Below, in pieces: positions 54,232-64,000 of a DNA stretch of 64,000 nt (positions are counted from its first letter, which is position 1; every line of letters starts with the position of its first letter). A program made the translations under genes and the position numbers. The stretch is from Octopus vulgaris. Taxonomy: Eukaryota. Below the pieces are notes generated by a model that was given only the letters and a program-made list of their open reading frames with translations, searched no databases and was not told where the DNA came from. Location: assembly GCA_951406725.2 (NCBI GenBank), contig OX597816.1, forward strand, positions 61,752,001-61,816,000. Direction: 5' to 3'.

Positions 54232-54555
54232 ATCAACGAGAAAAACATTACTGGCGCTGAACATTTGAGAAATCTCCAGTGAATCTATCCAAATTACAAT
54301 TTCAGGTTCATACCTGTAATTATTGGAGCCCTGGGATATGTAGCACACTGCCTAAGTACCAATCTTGAGAAATCAGGCTTCTCAAAACCAGAAAGGAGAA
54401 AGCTAACTTTCCAAGCCATCACTGGAACTATATATGAATCCGTAAAACCCCCCAGAAGTTTATCATCTAACTATATATGAGCATGTCTAGACATGCAACT
54501 ATATGCATGAGAATACATACATAAAACATACAAATCTGCACTTATACATACAAAC
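54232..54555 (+). mobile_element. R4-like family E 3' fragment (copy 2) with 3'UTR
   Basis: Homologous to 23600-23830 (LRNLQ.IYP...IPVIIGALGYVAHCLSTNLEKSGFSKPERRKL); preceded by tacatac and ending in CATA-rich sequence. Confidence 0.8.
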
Positions 54556-55417
54556 AAAATCTGCAAATCTGCACATGCACAGAATCCACCCATCTATCGA
54601 TCGAACCATCAAATGATCCATCCGTCGTCCGTCCGTCCGTTCATCCATCTGTTCGTAGATATATGCTTTCGCTGAGTGAATGTGTTGAAATACCTTAGAA
54701 AGTAAAAGCATTCTTACGATTCTGCATATATTATTTCCACATAAAAATTGAATATCTTTGGTTTTGTTTTTATGCAATCACTCAGGGTATTTTCTTTCTC
54801 TCAAAACAAAAATATAACACCCGACAAAACCACCATGAGAGTCTCTAGAAAGCATACAGGCTCAACAAATTATTTACAACAGACTAAATCCGAGGAATAT
54901 TTCATTAAGATTATATATATTCTTTCAAATATATTTTCTTGCTTGTCGTGTCCTAAAAATTTTTCTGTGAGCAGATGAAAAAGAGAAATATATTTAAACA
55001 TAACGCATTTCATTTGTCAATACATGTAACGTGACATTCATATTTTTTTTTGTCAGTTACATCCAGTTCTTTCTAAGCCCTTTACGTATGGCATAATTCT
55101 TGCTATTCTGAGAAGTATTATTTCAGCATTAATTTTATATAAATACACGCATATTTGCAAGTGTACATATCTGAAAAACAAACGCACAGCCTCACACACT
55201 CACAGTACAAATACGCGCGCGCGCTTACACGTATGCATATTTGTATACGAACAGATATATATGATCTGTGTGTACATATGTATACATTAATATAGATATT
55301 CACTCATATACCTATGTACATACAAACACAAATACACACACACACTTATAAATATATACATATATATATTTACATAAATACATATATACACACATGCAAA
55401 TATATGTATTTATGTAA

Positions 55418-55460
<43 letters not shown>

Positions 55461-56114
55461 CTTACATAAATATATATATTCACACTCATGCATATATATA
55501 TACATACATATATATACTTACATAAATACATATATCCACACTCATGAATATATATATATATATATATACATATATATACTTACATAAATACATTATACAC
55601 ACATGCATATATATATACATATATATACATACATGTGTAAAAATTTACATATATACACGTGTGTATACTTATGGACAAACGTATATATTACATGAGTATA
55701 TAAAAGTTTCTGTATGAATATGTGTATAAAGATATGCATATGTATGTATGTATGTATGTATGCATGTGGGTATGCATGTACGTATCTACGGCAGTGTGAA
55801 CGTACAACAAGACCCAGTGTTATGCGCCATATGGGTGTGCGTGCGTTCTGATAAAATATATATTTTAGAAACGCTATGTAACTCTGTAATTAGATTTAAA
55901 TTTTGATAAACAAGTAGAAGAATTATCCAAACTGTAAAATAAATTAACGAAATAAATAAGAAAAATAATAATTCAAGTCATAGAAAATAGGTTTCAATAC
56001 TTTATTTTACTTTCAATAATATATTTTCGAAACAACTACTGACGTAAACACGAAATGAGAAGTAGAGAACCTAAAATAGACAAATTCTCCGTCTCCCTCT
56101 CTCATATATAAACA

Positions 56115-56150
<36 letters not shown>

Positions 56151-56160
56151 TATATATACA

Positions 56161-56224
<64 letters not shown>

Positions 56225-57147
56225 ATATGTATACATGTACATATGTATGTATATACATACGTGCATACTTATATGCGTATATAAACACGAAAGCATACGC
56301 ATATACACATATATAATTAAAAATGTGTTTTAGTAAGATGAGGGTTGATAATTTTTTTCAAATTAAAGAAACACGCTTTTTGCAAGAGCATAATCCATTA
56401 AATTTATACATGTATGTATATATTTGTATATATATCCACATGTATCAATATGTATGTGCGCGCGAGTGATTATGTGTGTGTGTGTGCGTGTGTCTATATG
56501 TGCGTGTGTGTGTGTAGATGCGTATGTGCATTGGAATATCTAGTTCCAGCTCTCAAAAAACAAATATCCGCAATCATTATTTGACATGTGCCTTCTGCTC
56601 ATGTCATGTTTCTTTAGCAAATCGTGCCTCTTTAGATATTTACTCACTGTCACACACACACACACACATACACACACATACACATCACACACACATTCTC
56701 TCACAAACACAACCTCACACACGCACAGATGAACACACGTATACACATATATGCGCAAGTTCATACGTACACATATGCATATATTAACATACATATTAGG
56801 CACACACAATGGGTACACTCTTACAGATAATACTTACAGTTTTAAAGAAATCTACTTTCGACACACAGACATTCACACGCAAATAAATATATGCCGTACA
56901 CATGTACACACATGTACATAACATACAACACATACATACAATACGTGGATATATATTTATACACATATTATATACATGTGTTGTGTGTATACGTTAAGCT
57001 TATATATATATATGTATAATACATGCATATGTGTGTATATGTATGTATTTATATATATATATAAATATGTATGTATGTATTTATGTATGATTGCAGGTAT
57101 GTAAGTTTATGTATACATGCATACATACATACACATACACACACAGA

Positions 57148-57214
<67 letters not shown>

Positions 57215-57285
57215 CTATCTATATATCTATCTATCTATCTATATATATATATCTATATATATATGTATATCTATCTATCTATCTA

Positions 57286-57340
<55 letters not shown>

Positions 57341-58582
57341 GTATGTTTATATCTGTAAATTTACACCCACGTATATAGATACGTGTGGCATTATGGATTT
57401 GTTAATGCACACACGTATGCATATTCATTCACACATAACGAATACATACATACATACATGTGTGTGTATGCAATGTTGATAACTGATCTATGATGTAATT
57501 GGGTTTACATAAAGAAATATAAAAATAATATATATATATATATATATGTTTTAGTTAAAACAACTGCATAGAAAATCTGCTGAGTTTACAATCTATTATA
57601 TATTATATAATAATGCTCTACAAAGTTTCTAAAATTGCATTGAATTACATGCATACATACACATATACATGCACATATATATATTATCTGATACTCAAAC
57701 ATACACAAACTCTTATATGCATGGATACCAAAATAAGTAGAAATTTCTATTCAACGAACACCATGTAAGTTTGTTTGTATGTATGTATATATGTATGTAT
57801 GTACGTATGTATGTATGTATGTATGTATGTATGTATGTATGTATGTATGTATGTATGTATGTATGTATGTATGTATGTATGTATTATTTGTACGGGAGTG
57901 TTTTCATTCTCATTATTATTCTGATTTCAATGTATTCTTAAATGGAAATTTAACATGTTGTATTATGTTGAAGTTAGGTTTCTTTGTTAGATAGAAATTT
58001 TTCAAAAAGGAATCAGCTTATAAATTGAATACATTGCGGTTTGTGTAAAATATCACAATAGCAACTAATAAAATAAGATGTGTTATTTCTCTATTTTCTC
58101 GATAAACGGGACATCATTCTTCCTCTCGCTCCATCCACCATTCTCCCCCCCCACCCCTCACGAAACTCCTGTTATATACTAAATTGAAACAAACAAACAA
58201 ACACTCACACACACGCACCCCACCACATATATTTATGTATGCACACATACATACACATTTATATACATATCTATGTGTGTGTATATAATATCTTTAACAT
58301 CATCATCATTATCATCATCATCATCATCATTTAAACAGTTTCGCGTGAGTTTCTACTCAACCACCAGGTGTACCCCCTTATTGTTGTGGTGGTGTGCGTA
58401 GCATTGTGTTTTGGGAAGTACAGGCTTGTATTCTCATGAAATATCTATTTTGATTTATTGCAAGGTTTGTATTATTGTTTTTGTGTGATATTCTAATATA
58501 TCGCCTGTTCTGTTTATTGTAAAGACTATAAACTATATTGGTCGTATCATATTGTTGGTTGGTAAATCTCCAGAGCACGTAT

Positions 58583-58805
58583 TACTCTTACTCTTTTACT
58601 CTTTTAGTTGTTTCAGTCATTTGACTGCGGCCATGCTGGAGCACCGCCTTTAGTGGAGCAAATCGATCCCGGGACTTATTCCTTGTAAGCCCAGTACTTA
58701 TTCTATCGGTCTCTTTTGCCGAACCGCTAAGTGACGGGGACGTAAACACACCAGCATCGGTTGTCAAGCAATGCTAGAGGGACAAACACAGACACACAAA
58801 CATAT

Positions 58806-58836
<31 letters not shown>

Positions 58837-59007
58837 CATATATACGACAGGCTTCTTTCAGTTTCCGTCTACCAAATCCACTCACAAGGCTTTGGTCGGC
58901 CCGAGGCTATAGCAGAAGACACTTGCCCAAGATGCCACGCAGTGGGACTGAACCCAGAACCATGTGGTTGGTAGGCAAGCTACTTACCACACAGCCACTC
59001 CTGCGCC
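58583..59007 (-). mobile_element. SINE family 2, full length
   Basis: GGCGCAGGAGTGGCTGTGTGGTAAG head through the (GTAAAAGA)n tail on the minus strand. Confidence 0.9.
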
Positions 59008-59376
59008 TATCCGTATTGTGTAAGTCGTACTGTAAAAATGGATGGCGTTTGTTTAATATATAATATACATTTGTGTTGTTTTTCTGAAATCGGTCTTGAG
59101 CAGCATGTTGTATGTGCCTAGCAGGACTAATTTCCGACTGTTTGCATATAGTTGTGAAACATAGTATTGTTTCTAGTTTGACTCATGTTTTTCTTTATCA
59201 TACCCAGTGTTCCAGTTACATTACTAGCATCTTTACTTTCATACCAAACATCCTGTTTTTTTTTTCTATTTCAAGATCCTTGTTCTTTGACGTTTTATCG
59301 ATTTCTCTTTGGTCAGAAGAAATCAAGATATTTAACGGAATATACAGATTTCGTTCCTTTCATTTATAATTATATA

Positions 59377-59537
59377 GGCGCAGGAGTAGCTGTGTGGTAA
59401 GTAGCTTGCTTACCAACTGCATGTTCTGGGTTCAATCCCACTTTGTGGCACCTTGGGTAAGCGTCTTCTACTATAGCCTCGAGCGACCAAAGCCTTGTGA
59501 GTGGATTTGGTAGACGGAAACTGAAAGAAGCCCGTCG

Positions 59538-59604
<67 letters not shown>

Positions 59605-59812
59605 TTGTGTGTCTGTGTTTGTCCCCCCAACATCGCTTGACAACCGATGCTGGTGTGTTTACGTCCCCGTAACTTAACAGTTCGGCAAAAGAGACCGATA
59701 GAATAAGTTCTAGGCTTACAAAGAATAAGTCCTGGGTTGATTTGCTCGACTAAAGGCGGTGCTCCAGTATGGCCGCAGTCAAATGACTGAAACAAGTAAA
59801 AGAGTAAAAGAG
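59377..59812 (+). mobile_element. SINE family 2, full length
   Basis: Same head, internal (TA)n(TG)n, and tail tgactgaaacaagtaaaagagtaaaagag. Confidence 0.9.
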
Positions 59813-60104
59813 GTCGAATGGAGGTCCTATTCTTGTTAATATGGACAGCGGAGTCTTCAGTCTTTGCGGCTCGATCGTTGTCATGGACTATGTTCGGTAC
59901 ATGCTTTATCACTTCTTTATTTTCACGTAAAAAATGGTAATATTTTGCTCAATCTACACACCTGTCTGCTTAATTGTAACTGCAGATAAACTCGAACTGT
60001 GAAAAGACTAGGCAGTCGGAAACTGTGTAGTCTGTTATTTCACTTACCGGTAGCATGGTCTGCATTTGATGTAAGGCTCTTATTTTATTGTATATTCTTT
60101 GTTT

Positions 60105-60417
60105 TGCTTACCGATGAAGGCATTCCGCTCACGATCGTACGAATGTGGGTTCGGTTCACGGTGGTGCGGTGTGTTCTTGAGCAAGACACTTTATTTCCGG
60201 TTCTTCCAGTCTACTCAGCTGGAGAAAATGAATAGTACCTGTATTTCAAAGGACCAGCCTTGTCACATTCTGTGTCACGTTGAATCTCCCGGAGAACTAC
60301 GTTAAGGGTACGCATGTTTCTGGAGTGCTCAGCCACTTGCATGTTAATTGCACGAGCTGGCTGTTCCTTTGATCGGATCAACCAGAACTCTCGTCGGCAT
60401 AGGCGACGAAGTGCCAG
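60105..60417 (+). mobile_element. SINE family 3-related element with a different 3' half
   Basis: gtgttcttgagcaagacactttatttc...ccagtctactcagctgg is shared with 26755-26810; its 3' half is shared with degenerate 25530-25690. Confidence 0.65.
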
Positions 60418-61330
60418 CTTTTCTATCACTTTTTGGCGCAAGATTGACCAGAAGTCCCACTTTATCTTTTAGTCCCTAGGTTTTGGCTTTTATCCTAGCT
60501 TACACATCGTTTGTCGAAATTTGCAGGGTATTGGCATGGAATAGCTTTCACCATTTTTTCATTAGATATTTTTTCTTGAAATTACGATTTTAAATCTAAA
60601 AACAATAAAGGAAAATTAAAAAAAAAATCTGTTAGTTGTTTTATCTTTCTCCATATCATTGTTTGCAGCCTTGTTTGCTTCGAGTTTGTACTTTATGGTC
60701 TTCTTTATATACTGAAAGCATTTTTATATGCTTCACATTTCCCTGTTACACAGGGAAATGTGAGACTTCGTTTTAAGTGTTACAGTGTCGTAGTTGCCTT
60801 TCCGTATTAAGTTATAGCCATCATTTGTGAACACTATTCTACATATATAACTGTATATATAAGACTTTAAAGTTGTGACTTAGACACAACGTTGGTACTT
60901 TCTTAGTTTTTCTAAGTTCTTCAATTGACTTTACTTTTATATTCATCTTATTCAAGACTTTCTCCTTCAAAAACTAGAAATGGCTATTTTGGTAAGGAAG
61001 AAAATGCTGCAAAAATTAGATACTAGAATGCCGTTGATGTCTAAAACAGACCGAGCAGATCTATATGCAATGTATCGCATTATTTCTCTGTCTATCTGTC
61101 TGTCTGTTTATATATACATGCCTATATATACGTATTGTAGATAGATAGACATAGATATACATACATACGTATCCGACACACAAATTCGTGAAGCCTTCCA
61201 TATTTTCTAGGCGCAGGAGTAGCTGTGTGGTAAGTAGGTTGCTTACCAACCATATATTTTTCTAAGTACCTCATTTCTTCTAATATAAAATAACTGTACA
61301 TCATCTCCAAACCTTCTAATATATATATAT

Positions 61331-61404
<74 letters not shown>

Positions 61405-61443
61405 TATAGATTGATAGACATAGATATACATACAAACGTATCC

Positions 61444-61493
<50 letters not shown>

Positions 61494-61499
61494 ATTGTC

Positions 61500-62135
61500 G
61501 CAAACATATGAGCATCTGAATGTTTTCCGAAACTATGCAATAGCTGCCTCTCGAATCATATTGAGAATTTCCTCATCATCAGCTTCTATCAGTCCCAGTC
61601 TTTTACAAGCCTCTTGATAAGTATGCCATAAAATTCCATCCACCGTTCTTAAATCGACAAAATTCGCTCTTGGTTTATGACTCGGTAACATTCTCATAAA
61701 GCATAGCCCTGCCTTCCGAGGATTCTTGTTGATGATGGGAATCCTACCAATCACATACTACAGACTGTCATTTCACGTTATCCTCCCTCCCAAACTGTTT
61801 CTTTTAACTGCTTTGGTTCTTCTCACAAATTATTCCCGAACCATCTGTAATACTGGAAGATAACTGGGTAAACAATATTATTCCCCTCTGGAACAACGGT
61901 ATTATGTTCAAAGAATACAATAAAGGCAGTCGCCGGTTGGTTACGGTTTACGACATTGTTTCCCTCATTAAGCACAAAATGAACATTCTGTTCACTCTCT
62001 AGATTCTTCGGAAATTTTTTTCATTGAGGATTTTGGTTTTGTATCGAAAACTCATAATGTTTGCTATAAGCATAGGAAGTACTGATATATTGTGTATTGA
62101 CAAATGTTTGAATTTATCCCGAGCCTGGTATTTGA
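61500..62135 (-). pseudogene. Helitron Rep/helicase fragment
   Basis: IQTFVNTQYISTSYA...NP...LESEQNVHF and IGRIPIINKNP...FMRML...FVDLRTVDG....[17 protein letters not shown]...IREA match the Helitron RepHel region. Confidence 0.8.
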
Positions 62136-62204
62136 ACTGTCACATGTTAACAGGAAGCGGAAGTGTTATAGCAGGAATTGTAGGAATTGGATTTAGAAAA
62201 TATT

Positions 62205-62261
<57 letters not shown>

Positions 62262-62326
62262 CATGTATGTATTTTTATATATATATATATATATGTATGT
62301 ATATATATATATATATAAATATATAC

Positions 62327-62375
<49 letters not shown>

Positions 62376-62387
62376 CATGTATGTATT

Positions 62388-62462
<75 letters not shown>

Positions 62463-62698
62463 TTATATATATATTAGCCGGTATAGCCGGTGTTTTCAAA
62501 GCGATGAATAGCTTTGCGGAAACCATGGTACGCTTTGTTTTCTGACTTTATAATCATTCTATAATCATCTCATAATAATGACTTTTATGACTTTTATTAC
62601 TACCTCAGTCAATCTAAATGTATATATTTGTCGTTACCTGTCATAAAAAGCATTTTTTTATTTACAATGTGCATTTTCGTTGATTTTTCATATTTTAC

Positions 62699-62742
<44 letters not shown>

Positions 62743-63112
62743 TTGTATATATTTATGAGTGTGTGTGTGTGTGTGAATGTGTGTGCGCGTGCATCTTTAT
62801 ATTGGACACTGCCCTGTCGGTTATACGGTGGCGGTTTATTCACTCCTCCAAAACTTAGCGGATGAGCAAAGCAGAACGATGCAATAAGAACTAGACATTT
62901 AAAGATATGCGCTGCGGTCCATTTTATCGACCAAAACTCAGCTTGGTCGTAGTCAAATAACTGAAATAAGTAAGATAGTAAAACATTGCACGTGACAGTA
63001 TCGATTAAGCTGCTTAATGTGATTAAAGTCAAAACAAATTTACTAAAATACTAAAAAAAAAGCATACATTTCTGACACAATAACACTGAAGATGATGATG
63101 ATGTTAATAAAA

Positions 63113-63385
<273 letters not shown>

Positions 63386-64000
63386 TCGACGTGCAATTTC
63401 TGTTGTTCTTAACAAGGTGATAAAATCGTTTTTAAGAAATGTGTCCAAGACTAAAAACTGATCAGTGTAATGAATGTATAATGGAAATGATGAATGTCAG
63501 AAAGTAGTCAGGACTGATGCATCTAAAGACAAACACAGTGTTTTATGAAATTACGAAGACAAGCAATCGAAATATTTTTCTAATGGAATTTGTCAAGGCA
63601 AATGTGAGTGGTTATGGAATGTTTCACCGATGTATTTATTATCGACGAAATGTCAGGACGTGTTAAACTCGATTCACTTAAAACGTGGAATGAGAAGAAG
63701 AAGACAGTTATTATCTTGAGAGGAGCACTATTAAAATCGAGCCATCGACACATCAATCGCTGTCAGCAATGAGAATATCGATCCGATTTATAGAACTATT
63801 ACCTTTCCTTCGTTTTATCAACTTCTTAACAGCTGCAACTACATGTTCATAGATCAGTTGTATCTCTTAGGCAGCTTAATACCTTTGATAAAGGGATGAA
63901 AGCCATACATGAATAAATTTGGGAATTTGTTCTTAAGTAAGATATTATTAAATCAGTGACATATTACTACTTATCTGTCACTTCATCATAGAATACAAGG

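Overview
This window is AT-rich, microsatellite-saturated animal genomic DNA. The SINE families and (TA)/(TG)/(TATG) density look like an octopus or other cephalopod genome, which is inference from recall and not verified. No confident host gene, rRNA, true tRNA or CRISPR array is seen, and almost all ORFs in the supplied track are translated microsatellites. The real content is transposable elements. (1) At 4.4-9.9 kb there is a same-orientation pile-up of at least four different R4/Dong-clade (RT + CCHC + restriction-like endonuclease) retrotransposon fragments associated with (TAA)n, together with a 555-bp non-coding, structured, fixed-end element that sits in (TAA)n in the same orientation (three copies in the window). 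(2) A separate R4-like family has two copies that both start at (CATA)n. (3) A Tx1/L1 3' end has a terminus shared with one tail variant of a tRNA-derived SINE. (4) There are three SINE families, including two head-to-head inverted pairs. (5) A complete but decayed 3.04-kb hAT element has TIRs and an 8-bp TSD. (6) Also present are mariner/maT remnants, a complete 370-bp non-autonomous Helitron, a Helitron Rep fragment, RTE remnants, several fold-back elements and degenerate type I hammerhead ribozymes of the Penelope kind.
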